The notes: generated by a model not told the origin, from the letters alone. A DNA stretch of 63,383 bases, filler included, from Sphacelaria rigidula (GCA_964200075.2; 10 parts of 10 records of this genome joined end to end with filler, not necessarily neighbours in it), one strand, 5' to 3'; positions 11,645 to 24,356 are shown, numbered from the whole stretch's first letter. Numbers and translations are program-made.

Positions 11645-12490
11645 TGTGAACTAAGCTTCGCTAGGGGTGAGGAGCAGAGTTACGGGGTCGGAAGAAGAAT
11701 GCTGTCGTGCCCTGCTGCCGAAGGATCTCCGAAGCGAGGCGTGGTTTCTCTCTTGGCGTTTAGGAAAGGATTTGGCCGTGAACGATAGCAGGCAAGAAGA
11801 ACAACTGACCGAGCCGGTAAAGTGGTACGGCAAACGTTCAACCAGAAATCGTGCGCTGGCTTTATTATTTCGAGCTCTTTCTACCGGGAACCCGGTCCGT
11901 AGGTTGCCGCAGATCAAATTTCACAGGTTTGAACGTTTCGAGTCCGCTCATGTGTGTCACGGGCAGACCCCATATCTGAGACTGTATCTTCGGTGTACCT
12001 GTGTATTCTGGTGCTCATTACGTTCATACGTATATGGTCTCCACATTACCCTCCTCTTTGACGCGCCTGAAGTCTCTCTATCCGAGAGGCTGAGGCGGTC
12101 ATCCATGAAGGGAATAATATAGACGTGGATTCCTCATTTTATGTGTGTCATGATACCACTATACTAGCCTGTCGTGTTGAGTAAACGCATTGCATCGTCG
12201 CAACATTTTAACACAAGACGGGAAATTTTATCGACGTTCGTACCCGGGTTCATGTTATCAGAATTCTCGTGTCGGAGAGTTATGACTTATTGGCCAGATG
12301 ATCTCGACATCTGTAAATCTGTGTGATCGCAGTACTAATTTTGATGCCCCCATAGATGCTGATTTATGGGCGACACGGTGGGAAACATTGTGTTAAACAC
12401 GTGAATGGGTTGTTGTCCCGTGCTTGGCCTGGACTCTGAACCCGTGGTGATTACCGTATTGTATATGGTAAAACTTGCGTCTGGGGAAGG
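11645..12490 (-). mobile_element. LTR fragment of the gypsy family found at 38600-43527
   Basis: Reverse-complement homology to ~42680-43527; LTR end ...GCGAAGCTTAGTTCACA at 11645. Confidence 0.85.
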
Positions 12491-12598
12491 AGAGCTATGC
12501 CACGATAGGGAGGGTGCACTCATGATCATGCATGCCACAGTCATAAGACCATTGACCTCGCATCGCCACAAAGCCGGGACGGAGCGCGCCGGGTTTTC

Positions 12599-12698
12599 NN
12601 NNNNNNNNNNNNNNNNNNNNNNNNNNNNNNNNNNNNNNNNNNTTAATTAATTAANNNNNNNNNNNNNNNNNNNNNNNNNNNNNNNNNNNNNNNNNNNN
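12599..12698. other. Artificial contig linker
   Basis: Same N44-TTAATTAATTAA-N44 spacer. Confidence 0.98.
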
Positions 12699-12962
12699 AG
12701 CCTGAACCCGAACATCAGGCGCTGTTATTGCCACTTTTTTCGTGACACTTTTAGCTGGTTTTTTAGGGGGGCTATCGTAGAAGGTGTCACAAACACACAC
12801 ACTGGAGCATGACACGGTGAAGCACTGGTCTCACCATGCCCGCGTTGTTCGGACCTTATTAACGGCAACTGTGACTGACCCAACTAGCATCTTGACGAGA
12901 ACAAGCCACAGCGGAGCATGAGGGAGACTAGGGTGCGACACATCTTGAAGAAAACAACACAC

Positions 12963-13108
12963 CTGTCTGGAGCGTGGCACGTGGCCTCGATGGCGTACAC
13001 ACCGTCAAAGGAGTTGTCTTCGAACGGCAGCTTCATGAAATCACCCTGAATCGACCGGCACTGGCGGTCCATGCCCATACTCTTGTTCACCTCGTTTCCT
13101 CGCTTAAC
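12963..13108 (-). CDS. SMT1: Sterol C-24 methyltransferase exon containing Region III; the gene continues beyond the contig edge
   Basis: tag|GTT...ACAG|gt, 146 nt, [48 protein letters not shown] ([10 protein letters not shown]). Confidence 0.95.
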
Positions 13109-13341
13109 CTATGCCACAGCAATCATAACATATAAGCTCTGGATATATTCCGTGCGCGTTTTTGCAAGAGTGAATGTGTACCTGTGCCTGCGTTTGTGTT
13201 TGTATGTTTATTTGCCAATATTTCGTGCAAATACATGTCCCCGCACGACCAATTGACGCTTCGAAGTGCAATGGCCACCACGGCCGCCACCATCACCACC
13301 ATTACTACAACGACCTTGCAAACCCTCACGCTAGCACACAC

Positions 13342-13488
13342 CTGATACTCGTTGATGGTGATACCCGTAATGTCCGCGCCAGTAAACCTAGCGATGTTGC
13401 GGTACGGCCCGCCGATGCCGCACCCGCAGTCCAACAGCTTTGAGCCCTTGTTCACGCCGAGCCGGCCGGCCAGATAGTATTCGTGGCG
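13342..13488 (-). CDS. SMT1: Sterol C-24 methyltransferase exon containing the SAM-binding motif
   Basis: cag|CGC...CAG|gt, 147 nt, [49 protein letters not shown] (LDxGCGxGGP). Confidence 0.95.
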
Positions 13489-13566
13489 CTGTCCGTACAA
13501 AATCAAGATGCATAAAGGGGCGCGACGGGGGGGAGGTGAGGAATCCAAACATGTAGATATATATAC

Positions 13567-13577
13567 AGAGAGAGAGC

Positions 13578-13623
<46 letters not shown>
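13567..13623 (+). repeat. (GA)n microsatellite in an SMT intron
   Basis: Directly visible. Confidence 0.95.
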
Positions 13624-13625
<2 letters not shown>

Positions 13626-14220
13626 CATACCGTGTAATAAAAGAGGGCCAGTTTTCAGATGTTATACGTTGCGCGTTTGAACTTGTGAAAAGGTGACGGC
13701 CGGTAATGCGCAGGAGTCGAACAAGGGAAGCGCATGGTCCGTCATGATGCGATGTCATGGTGTGGCCAAGAGAGAGGGAATGCAAGGGGAAACGCCCCCC
13801 TAAACGAAACGTGTTGGGGTCGCGCGCGGCACATGTATGCATCCTTGATATAGAGGACACTCGTACGAGAAAGGACCAGAGCATAACAAAAAAGTTGTTC
13901 GTAGAGCCGGACTTACTGAAGAGATGACAAAACTGGACAAAGATATGCTCAAGACAGGGCGGAATAGCACACAGAAAAAAAAAAAGAGACTGAAAAGAAG
14001 AAACACACACAAACGCGCGCACGCAAGTGAGAAATGGAAAAACAACAACGAAATGTTTCAATTGCTCCCACGGAAGACTGACTGACAACCACAGGTGTTG
14101 TACCGCTGCTATAGTTGCACAACGTAAAAACATAGGATACGTGCTCTCCGCAGACAGAAAAGGCACCCTTTACAACAAGTCGACATGTACAGAGTATATA
14201 AAGCAGAGGCTTCCGGGTAC

Positions 14221-14362
14221 CTTGATCGAATCGGTAAAGTTCTCGCCCGCCATTCTGTAAGCGAAGTGAAAGGAAGATCCCCACCCCCACTCGTAAAACA
14301 GGGTGGCCAGCTCGTAGTAGGCGTTCACCAGCTTAGCGTAGTTCCCCTCCCGCTCTTCCACA
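14221..14362 (-). CDS. SMT1: Sterol C-24 methyltransferase exon containing sterol-binding Region I
   Basis: cag|T...AAG|gt, 142 nt, VEEREGNYAKLVNAYYELATLFYEWGWGSSFHFAYRMAGENFTDSIK; YExGWGxSFHF is the SMT signature. Confidence 0.95.
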
Positions 14363-15714
14363 CTGACAACGACGTGGGAGCAGGTGTAGGCGCGTAGTCC
14401 CAAGCAGAATGGTCGCGTTTATTGAATGTGCCTTCCCGATCCCGCTGATTGTTCAACATATCGAATACCGGGAATTACCCGATACCTCATGAGCGAAAAA
14501 ACGCTGACTCTGAATATTTTCTGGATGGTATCGCATTGATGTCACGTTACTATACACGGCCGTGCTTCCTCAAGATAAAGTTATTCAGGGTGGGCGAAGC
14601 ATGGGACAGAGTTGGTTGGTGTGCGGCTTTATCTCGTGTGCAAATATTCGACGACCGTACATCCTTGCTAAAAATCCGGATCTTTGCGACAAACGCTTCG
14701 CGGAACACTCGAACGGATTTCCGCGATCGAACCATCACGCGAAAAAAACGACGTTTTGCGCGTTTCCTCTCTGTAATGCACCAGTCGCGTGGTTTTTCGT
14801 AGTAAGACTGGACCTTCCACTACGCCTGCTCCGCGCATGTGGGGTACACTATACGTTGCAAGCGCTGTTTCACGTGCCCTTTCTGTGCATGTGACGCCGC
14901 TCTTCACGTGCACCTCCGGCTGTACACTCCGTACCATGATGTGAAGAACGCAGGGTTTGTTCCAACGGCCCTCTTGTCTTCCCCCTTGTGTTGTACTAAC
15001 ACATTTCTCCCGGGCTCAAGTCTACACCTACATGTTTACTCGCGAACACGAGTGTTTGGCCATCTCGAGGGGTACAAAAACAAGATCCAGATCCTCATAC
15101 AGGTCCTTACTCGATTTGCACTTCCACCCGGCTCCCTTGCAGTGAAGGGTGCACTTTCGTCCCACGGTGCGTCACGCTACGTCGCGACCCATTCTCGTGT
15201 CTGCGGTACTACACTACACTCCGATCGCCCGAGGGATTACGGTCTGCACTCGCCGGGGTAGGGTTAGCGCGAGGGTTAGCGTTGGCGTGTGTAGATGGGT
15301 CAGACTATATGAAGATTTCGGGGCTATATTTTCTACTATAATAACAGGATGGTGAACTGGCCTCCTCGTACGAGTACACAGTTGCTCATTTCCTGCCCTT
15401 TTTACCGATTCTCTCTCTGAGCCCAAACTGTATGTTTCCACGCGTGGGACAGCTCATGAGCTAGTTAAAATAATTTATCGAAGAGGACTCTGAGATCCCT
15501 TGTGCAAAAACACAAAATAGGTGACAGCGGGGTCCGAGAAGCGAAAGCGCTATGTTTGTGCTACTTCGCATGTTCGCCGACTAGCGCTGTAGCGAGAAAA
15601 TTTAGAAAAAGGGGGCCAAATGAGCTACTCGTGGCTCATGATCCGGATCAGTATACCACTAAAAAGTAATACTCAGGTAGCCTGTGAGCTGTCCGACATG
15701 TGTATGTTTCCCAC

Positions 15715-15863
15715 CTAGATTCCTTATCGTTGTGGAGACGGTTGTACTCGGTGATCCAGCTGTCCACCTCGATCCCTCGCCCCTTCTCTTGCCCGAAAAA
15801 TCCCATGAAGAACGTCCAGGTGACCCCCAAAGGATCCATCGTATAAAACACCTTACAAACCAC
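15715..15863 (-). CDS. SMT1: Sterol C-24 methyltransferase, N-terminal-region exon (an upstream exon is not identified)
   Basis: cag|GTG...TCTAG|gt, 149 nt, VVCKVFYTMDPLGVTWTFFMGFFGQEKGRGIEVDSWITEYNRLHNDKES; its phase 2 end fits the next exon. Confidence 0.75.
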
Positions 15864-17308
15864 CTGGGGGCAGACGGGGATTTGGGGGGGGTTGTTTTCG
15901 GGAAAGCAAAGAGATGGTTCAATATTTTATTCTTCTTTACCGAGTTAGAGGGTAGAGACTGTACGCTTCACGACAATCTATTTTGTTCAACGAGGGGGGG
16001 GGAATGTTGTACAGACAAAGGGATTACGTAGATTAACACCAATGTTATGATATTATGTCCTGCCTAGGCATTTATCCATCACTATAGATCTCGATAAGTG
16101 ATACTATGCGATTGATCATTCTATAACTTGTCAAACACGTCGAACGAATCTTGCGTCCTCACGATTTGAGTTGACTCATGCGACTACTGCGGGAAAATGG
16201 GAGACAAGCTCACTCGAGAAACAAGAAATACTCAGCAAAATAGGGACGGAGTCTTACTCGAGTCACCGCACCACGATTCCAGGAATACTTGAACAATCTT
16301 GACGCGAGTCAACGCGACTGATTCCAAAGAACATAGATGAGTCTGAACGAGGTACATCACGACTAATCCGAGAATGCCGAGGACCCACTGACTCGAGTCA
16401 AACGCCGATCAAGAATCCGGAACAGGAGGAAAAGAGTCCACCTTGAGCCATCGCACCATGACGACAAACTCGGAAACCTTGGGCGAGTTCGACTCGAGTC
16501 ATCAATCACTAATTCAGACACATCTTCATGGATGAGTCTGAATCGGGTCCTCACGACAAGCTTATACCGCAAAATGGAAAAAAAAAAAAAGGTATATATA
16601 TATATATGTCTGACTCGACATGTTGCACTTGTCACGCCAAGATGAGCACGACCGATAATTCCAGTCGTTGTGTGCGATATCTGTACCAGACTAGCCACAA
16701 GCCCAGACATCGTGATTGAATTCCAACACACTCTCCATGACATCTGTGCTTCAAACTTTGTGTTTTCTAACGACCGTTGTATCATGGCCTCATGTCGTTT
16801 TCCCATCCCGCCAAAAATACTCACTACTGAGCAGCAAGCGGCAGCGGCAGCAGCAGCAGCAACTGAGTTATGTTTTTTCCCCGAATACCGCTGCTGATGA
16901 GCGTTGCTCAACTCCTGGAGTGCAGTACTAACTTTGCACATAGATGTGCCAGCGCGGTTGGGCCGAGTGCCGCATTCGGTTTTCGCCCGGGCTTGCTGAG
17001 AGACATACCGTACTTGTGGGGTTTGGCCAACGTAGTTGGAGGGTTTGGCAGTGAATGCACCGCAGCATACAACCGGGATCAGCATGATCACGTTTTCGGT
17101 AGAATCTTTTTCTTCGGCATTCGTACATGCAAAGAACTGAGTCACAGGCGCAAACTTTGGTAAACATGGACTAGTTGGGCAGTGACTAGCTGAACGCAAA
17201 AAAAATAGTACCACTCTGCCATCCTGGTGTCCGGAGTATTTTTGCATGCTGCACAGCAGTGCCGCGTAAAAAAAGGTTACAATTGTTCAGGGTCCTTGTC
17301 ATACTGTG

Positions 17309-17364
17309 CACTATTCTAAAACACGGGACTATTCTGAAACACGGGACTATTCTGAAACACGGGA
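17309..17364 (+). repeat. 3 x 18-bp tandem repeat (GACTATTCTGAAACACGG)
   Basis: Directly visible. Confidence 0.9.
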
Positions 17365-18947
17365 TACTTCCGAGTTGAGTTTTGGAGTCATGCGAACAAG
17401 TCGGGGTAATGAGGAACGAGTCTGGCTTGAGTCATTACTACTGGAGGAAATCGAAAAAAGGAGAAGAGCCTCACCCAAGCTGTCACCACCAGTTCGGAAA
17501 GATGGGGACTTGTCGGACTTTGAGTCATATAATTCATTACCCCTGGGGGGAAAAAGGACGGGCTGAACCAAGTCACCACGACTACTTCCAAACGTTCCCA
17601 CGACCTAATCAAAGAGTCCGATTTTTCACAACAGAAAACTCGAGCTCGTTCGACGTGTACAACTAAATATGTGGACATGCATGTACGTCAAGGAAAGACG
17701 ACTTTCAGCGCACTTACTACAACGACACACATCAAGATTCCGGGAATATACAGATATGTCTTATCAACTATCTTTTCAAAACAGCACCCTTCGCAGGTGG
17801 TATACAGCGGGGTTGCGCCTAGGCTTTTCTTTTTTTTTCACGGTACTTCGTTCGATGTTTCGATGAACGCTTCGTTACATGTGGGACGTACGTTGAATTG
17901 AGATATTTGCATCGATTTTTTATTGGCCCCTTGATTCTGTTTCAACCGTTAACATCACATCATCTGGTGAGCACAAGATACCGCGTAAAAGAGTTCATCC
18001 AAGTTGCCTACTTTAAAGCGCAAAGCTATGGCTGAAGATCGGGGGCTGAACCGGTTGGTGGGCGACGAGAAAGGGAGGGAGGTATAGTATCGCCGCTGCA
18101 GTGTCTCCACCGCCCCAAGCGCGAGCCCGTCTGGCAATACTAAGGGGGACAATTAAAAGTGCACCCTCACGATGCAAGGCACCACATCGCCAAAGGGTAC
18201 TGTGAACTTTGATGATCGCCGGGTACCACTTGCCAAAGGACTGGCGAAAATTTGGTAAGATCGCCAACAGAATGGCGTGATTGCACAAGAAAAAAACTGT
18301 TTTGAAGAGGTTTCTAACCCGTGTCGGATTTCACCCTCTTTTGGAAGACGATGCACGAACTGCTTCGAGAGCGCCAGTTTTTGACCGCCATTTCCGAATA
18401 TTGCAATGCGCTCGTACCGCACTCAAAGGTCTTGCGTACTCTGCCGATCATGCGGTACGTATGAAAATGGATACAACGCAGTTTCATGTTGTTGGGCAAT
18501 GAAACGACGACGTGATTGAAGCTCACAACTTAGGGCGACACTAGTAGCCTGATCGTAACACACGTGCAGCAATAAGTATCAGCTCATACAGACGGTGCAT
18601 TGTGCCGCAACAGCTGTAGCGCAACTTGCCGCTGCTCCACCCACCGCCATCGTATAGGAGTGGTCGATGATTGGTCGTGACGTTACAGTAGTCAGCATCA
18701 GAAGTATGCAGGATCTGTAATTTCTCAGTTTCTCAAAGATTGTCCAAAATTGTTTTGCTTGCCACCGCTCATCACAGTGACTATTGGATGCCAAAAAATG
18801 GGCATCCGGAGATATTTTAATCCTCTTGATAATCACTGAAAGAAAAATTATCTGCGATCAATATTGAGTGACTTGCGGGCTTGACCGATCGTCGGGGGTC
18901 CTGCGAAAATAGGACCCCAGGCTCTAGCTTTTCGGTATTTTCGGTGG

Positions 18948-19047
18948 NNNNNNNNNNNNNNNNNNNNNNNNNNNNNNNNNNNNNNNNNNNNTTAATTAAT
19001 TAANNNNNNNNNNNNNNNNNNNNNNNNNNNNNNNNNNNNNNNNNNNN
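18948..19047. other. Artificial contig linker
   Basis: Same spacer. Confidence 0.98.
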
Positions 19048-22000
19048 TTGCAAGTCCAAGACTCCTTTCAATGCCCTCTTAATTTGAACATCGTCCAGAA
19101 CATCACACTTCCATTCCCTCGCCGACCACTTCCATTCCCCCGCCGGCGAGGACGCCAGAATCGAGAAGGACGTCCGAGAGGCACGGCCAAACATCACGTG
19201 ATACGACGTACTATCGTATCGACGGCGATATGCTGTATTTAGCGCCCATTGCACAGTGGGCAACACGTCCACCCACTCGGTCACCTCTGGACGCTACTCG
19301 AGAAGAATGGAGCGAAGAGCACGAACTACTTCCTTCACCATGCGTTTGCACGTACCATTAGACCACGGAGAATACGTGGTTTTGATCAACTCGCAAAGCC
19401 TCTCGCAACCTAGCCAAGATCGCAGTCTTAAAATGCGTGGCGGTATCACTCACCTACACGCGGGGCACCCCCAGAGTTTTGCACCAATTCAGCAAAGACG
19501 CAGCAGTCGATTCGGCACTACACACTGCTACTAGTTGCAGAGACACAAAATTGCTCAAATCATCCATGATTACCAAGATGTGTCGGAACCCAGCATCCTC
19601 CGACAAACCTTGGGAAGCTAGCGGGCCACTCTCGCCCACGTGCAAGAAGTCGAAATGAACGACTTCATTCGACGTGGTCCCATGGACCGTTTCACCGAGC
19701 GGGCGGGGAACAACATCGCCCGCCCTCGAGTCAGCACAGTAAAGAGACTGGCGGAAAAATCCGCGCACATGAGTTTCTATCCCCTGCCAGACACAAAAGT
19801 CTTTCAAGCGCACGAGCGTCGCAGCCACACCACGATGCCCGGCGTCGCGCATGTGCGCGGAAATCATCAAACGTACCTGCTACTGCTTGTCAGAACTCGG
19901 AATCCACAAAACGTTTCGGCCACGCACATGCACGAGAAACAGACCTTCATTGTCCAAGATAGCAGTACCAACGTCCGCTCGAAAGATTGCAGATCCGCAT
20001 CTTCGGCTCCAAGTTATTTTTGTTGCGCTTGGCGGACAACAGATTTGGACGGCATCGAGTCATCAGATTCGCACGGACCATACACAGCCACGGCGCGCGC
20101 AGGCAAAATGGGAATATTTACCCAGCGCGACAGCAAGTCACCCCACGCGTTAGACTCACCCGAAATATGACAAATCGTGTGCCGATACTGTCCTAATACT
20201 CCTTCCCACCCCTCCAATTGCTGTGCCAACGCCTTCGACACATACATCACGCATGCCTCCGGGTTTAAAATGTACGCTAGCTTTCGATGACCCGTGAAAA
20301 TGTGTACGCCATTCCACAATAAATGAGTCATCCTACGATAGGGGGGGGGGTATTTTGGGCCATTCGTTGCTCCAAATTTCGAGCCAGATCGTCGTTGAAA
20401 GCAGCAACGATTGTTCGAACAAGCTTGTTGTGGGTCAAAAACGCTCATCCATACTGCCTGACACCGTTTGTAACCAAATACAAGCGCAATGCAAGTATGG
20501 AAGGATGTCTGACACACTTATGAGCCTCGTTTTTCGCGCAACCAAATACCCCCCCCCTATCGTAGGATGACTCAAATGCTCGAGACGACGAAAAGTGCTC
20601 ACGATAGCAAAACCTTCCTTGTCAATGGTTGCCCAACGCATCTGTGAACCCTTGAAACTGCTACTGAGAAAAGCCAGCGGTTCATGCGTCATGTCTTCAA
20701 CCGGCAACCGTTGTTGCATTTCTGCATCAGGCACCTCGGTTACAAAGCTACCCCAATGACACTCGGATGCATCCGGAAACATCAGCACCTGGCAACCGGG
20801 GCGGGGATGGAACAGCGTCACGGCATGAGCCATCAGATCCTTCGCTGCCGGCCATGCCTGCAGCCTGTCCTCCGCCCACGAGGCGGGTGGAATAACACGA
20901 GCTTTTGCCCCCCGCTTCGTGCGCTTTGCAGCCCCCACCATGAGATCTTCTAGAAAACCGCGTAAGGGCGCCACTACTCCGGTCATACGTGGCAACGAGG
21001 TACGCAACCAGTTCGTTGTGTGCAGGAATTTCATTAATTATGTGGCTGTTCCTGGACGCCGCATGTCGGACAAACCTTGGAAGAGGACCGGGTCATGCGA
21101 GACGCGGCCATGTGAGTATACTTTCCCACACCACACTAGTCCACTAGCAGAAAAGGTGCACTTGTGGGCAGCTGCAAACAGACCAACACTCTCTAAGCAA
21201 GCCAAGATTGCATCAAGCGTATCCAACAGTTCGTCTTCCGTATCCGCGAAGAAAAAGAGATCATCCACCCAAATCTTACATTTTACGCCATCTGAAAGGT
21301 TCACCATGACACCTTGAAAATAGGAATTAGCATTCAACACGCCTTGCGGTACTCTTTGCGTGGTAAACATGCCAAACGGAGTCGTGATTGTGAATATCTC
21401 TTGCGCCTCTTCGGCCAACGGCATCTGCCAGTACCCCTGTAGGAGGTCTAACTTACCGAAACATCGGGCACTCAGCAGGTCTATCATGTCAGATTCCTGA
21501 TTGGGCATGACATCCGGCGACTTCTCCACCTGATCATTGACGGCTCCGTAATCCCTGACAAGACGAAAAGAGTCCTTCTTCGGCACCGCCATCGCTGGAC
21601 TGGACCACACCGCCTTTTAATTCCTGAACACCAACCCAAACGCCACAAGAGCTCCCATGCAAGAAGCTAACCAATTGGACTTTACCGGATCATATCTCCT
21701 CGGTTTTGCCTTCACCGCGGCCGCCCCTGGCTTCAGTGTAACCCTCATGGGTTGCATGCGCGCAGGAGGATCACCCCTTCAGCGCACGACGAAACGCGTT
21801 AACGTGGCGATACAGTATGCCACGCAAGCGCTCCGCTTTTGGGACGGTGAGGCCACTTGCCACAACATCCGTCACGCTTTCCTCAAGCGGAGCCTTTCGC
21901 GTGGACTCTTCTTCCGCCGGCTCCATAAACATATCGGGGCCACGCTCCACCAAGCGTTCCACCGCCTTATCACGCTCCTCGGACACCTACCCCCCCGGCT

Positions 22001-22450
22001 CCTGGAGAGCATCAACCGACAAGCTCACTCTGCGACTGGCCAAAAAAGCAGGCGTCTCGACACTCGAACCGGGCGACGACGTTTGCGTTTTCAGGGACTT
22101 CAACAACCGATCATACGGATCGACTCCGAGCCCCCGAAGCGTCGGTAGGCCCAACAGAACGCCACCATCCGTCCCCGGCATGATCGCAAACGATATTGGG
22201 GGTAATTTTGCTGGCCCCCAGGTAGTCAGGGACGCCAACTGTAGGGGAATCGTACGCTCCGTCACATTTATACGTTGCCCAGATGCGGTGATGGCCTGTC
22301 GCGCCCCGAGCGAGAACGGAATTCGGATTTGCTCACCGGGGAGTAGACGCTCCAACATCTCCACAATTAGCACCGACACGCTCGTGAAGTGGGCGCCTGA
22401 ATCCAACACTGCGTTGACCGAAATCGCTCCCCGCGCCCCTTGATCGGGGA
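19048..22450 (-). pseudogene. pol: Gypsy pol (protease, RT, RNase H, integrase), disrupted by stops, frameshifts and a MITE
   Basis: ORFs 21987-22667, 21038-21610, 20435-21034, 20014-20320, 19454-19870 and 19048-19284 carry successive pol motifs. Confidence 0.92.
20325..20573. mobile_element. Sola-like MITE copy 2 (249 bp) inserted in the gypsy RNase H
   Basis: Perfect TIR GAGTCATCCTACGATAGGGGG; TSD AAAT at 20321-20324 and 20574-20577; removing the element plus one TSD restores RRLEHLLWN in frame. Confidence 0.95.
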
Positions 22451-22914
22451 GATATAACTCGGTAGGGACAAAATTGTCTTGGTCTTCGACCGGCACCTGC
22501 TCCGCCGACTGATGGATCGTAATTCCCACTTGGCGCCACGCCTGCACGCGCGGCGCAGGCATAGACGCCCCCGCTGGGGTCACCGGCACCGCCGGCGGGT
22601 ACGAAGCCCCGCCCGCAGAACCAAATTGCAGCGGTACCCCGGCCGGCCGACGCAGCAGCGGATCCAAATTTCAGCTGAAAACCGGCCGGCTCCGCAGCCG
22701 GCGTCTCGCCCTGCTCTGCTGCCGGCGGCGCCGGCACCGAGCCCGACACTAGAGAGGTCGATCCCACCTGCACCGCCCGTTGTGGAGCAGCGGCCCCTGC
22801 GGCTGAGCCGGACCCAGAACCGGACCCTGCTGCCGCCGCTGCCCCTGCTGCTGCTGTTGGGAAGTTGACTGTACACTTCCACCACTGGAGGATCCGCCTC
22901 CACCACCACCCCGA

Positions 22915-23785
22915 TTACCTTTCCTTCCTTTGTGATTGCGAGGGCGTGCGGCACTCGTCTGCCCAGACTCCCTCAGAAGGCGTTGGGCACTTCCGTGCAA
23001 TGTGACCTACCTGGCCACACTGATAGCAAATAATATTGGAGGCGGCACTACCTGCGGATTTTGATCCGCGGTTACGCGAGCTCGAAGACTGCGGCGACGA
23101 AGTGGATGATTTTCCGAGTACTTCGACCCGCCGCCATGCCTGAGCTTCAGCCGCCACGGTATCCATGACTAAATACGGGTCCGACTTCCAATTGTTTCGT
23201 GCTGTAACTGTACAAGCACGGCCTGCTTAAATTCCGCCGGTGCCAGACCCTCCGCCATCGCTTTCGTGACCACCGCAGCGGGCCCTGGGCGAAATTTCCC
23301 ATCGGACGAACGATGAATCATCTTTACGTTGGGAATTTCCGAAAAATACGTCTCCAACTTACCCATGATGGGCTCCACCCTCTCACGCATGGCCCTCCCC
23401 TTGTGGTTCATTGCGACAGCCTTCGCCACTGCCGCGGACGCCTGAGTAAGCTCTACCTCCGCCCCTGCCGCATGCCCTGCGTGCTTCTTTATAGCTGCGG
23501 CCAAATCCAGCGGCATTATGGTATGCTTTTCGTGGAACCTTCTCGCGAAGACGCGTTGCAATGGGGTAGGCACTAGTTGCGCCATAGAAACCACCTGATG
23601 TCTTACCGCAATGCATTCGCATTCTCCACCCTCCTTCTGTATTCCACGTATTTCGTGTGAAACAAACGAGAAGCACCCTCAGAATACAAATTCCCGTAAC
23701 TGGGCGGCCGCAACTCTTCCCTAAGAACGACTGGGGTTACACTCGTTTCCGCTGGCTCTATTACGGGTACCTCGGTAGTCGACAT
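22915..23785 (-). pseudogene. gag: Gypsy gag (frameshifted) with CCHC zinc knuckle
   Basis: ORFs 23603-23785, 23169-23594 and 22915-23166 lie in different frames; CX2CX4HX4C motif. Confidence 0.85.
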
Positions 23786-24097
23786 TCTCGAGCGGAAAAT
23801 CGAAGATTTCTGAAACCTTCTCGAACTTCAGTTCGCGCCTACTTTCTTCGCCGCTCCACACAGCCCTGGAGTCCTATAAACACCCGCTGTTTGCAGCTCC
23901 AGCAAGTCTCCAGTCCTAATCAATCACGGGCCAGCCGCCTTTGCAGCTACCTTAGCTTCAAACCACCGCACGCGTCCGTGAAGCTCTATGCCCGAAGCTA
24001 ATCACAAGCTGTCCAGACCTCTCCCTGCTGAAAATTTCCAGCAGTCTCAAACGAAAGCACCAACTAGCACGCCTAGCACTAGCACTAATATCGATAT

Positions 24098-24356
24098 TGT
24101 GACGCCAGCAGGTTGCTAGTACTGCAGCGTCTAAATACTGTTGAGGGACTTCCCAGTTCCACTGGCCTCAAGTTCTCAGTTGACAGCCTTCACAACACCT
24201 TATCATTTCCGGAGTGCCTTCCAGGCACATGCGCTCCATAAACCACATCAGAGTAACACCCCTTTGTCCATGTCATCATCCATCTTATCACTACAGATCC
24301 CAAGTCATCATCCAATCATCACCATCTACTCAACGTGAGGGCGTGATTTCGTCACA
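24098..24356 (-). repeat. 5' LTR (259 bp) of the gypsy element
   Basis: Bounded by the terminal inverted repeat TGTGACG...CGTCACA, ~310 bp upstream of the gag ATG at 23785. Confidence 0.75.

Larger units (their letters stand above)
19048..24356 (-). mobile_element. Degenerate Ty3/gypsy LTR retrotransposon (5' LTR-gag-PR-RT-RNaseH-INT), 3' end cut by the contig edge
   Basis: Zinc knuckle CYQCGQVGHIARKC, protease AVLDSGA, RT KLDLLQGYWQ...PQGVLNANSYFQ...WVDD, RNase H PDASECHWG...WATIDKEGFAIV, integrase H..GH...VHFDF...DDLSNF; gypsy domain order; several stops and frameshifts. Confidence 0.95.

Noticed and set aside
13123..14166. 347-aa ORF as a single-exon methyltransferase
   Set aside because: Only 13342-13488 is SMT-like; the rest reads through intron, including the (GA)n repeat
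16363..17247. 294-aa minus-strand ORF upstream of SMT
   Set aside because: No recognisable domain and runs through simple repeats; it may hide the SMT first exon, but I could not fix it
17950..18520. Coding-looking remnant
   Set aside because: Multiple stops in all frames and no motif I can name
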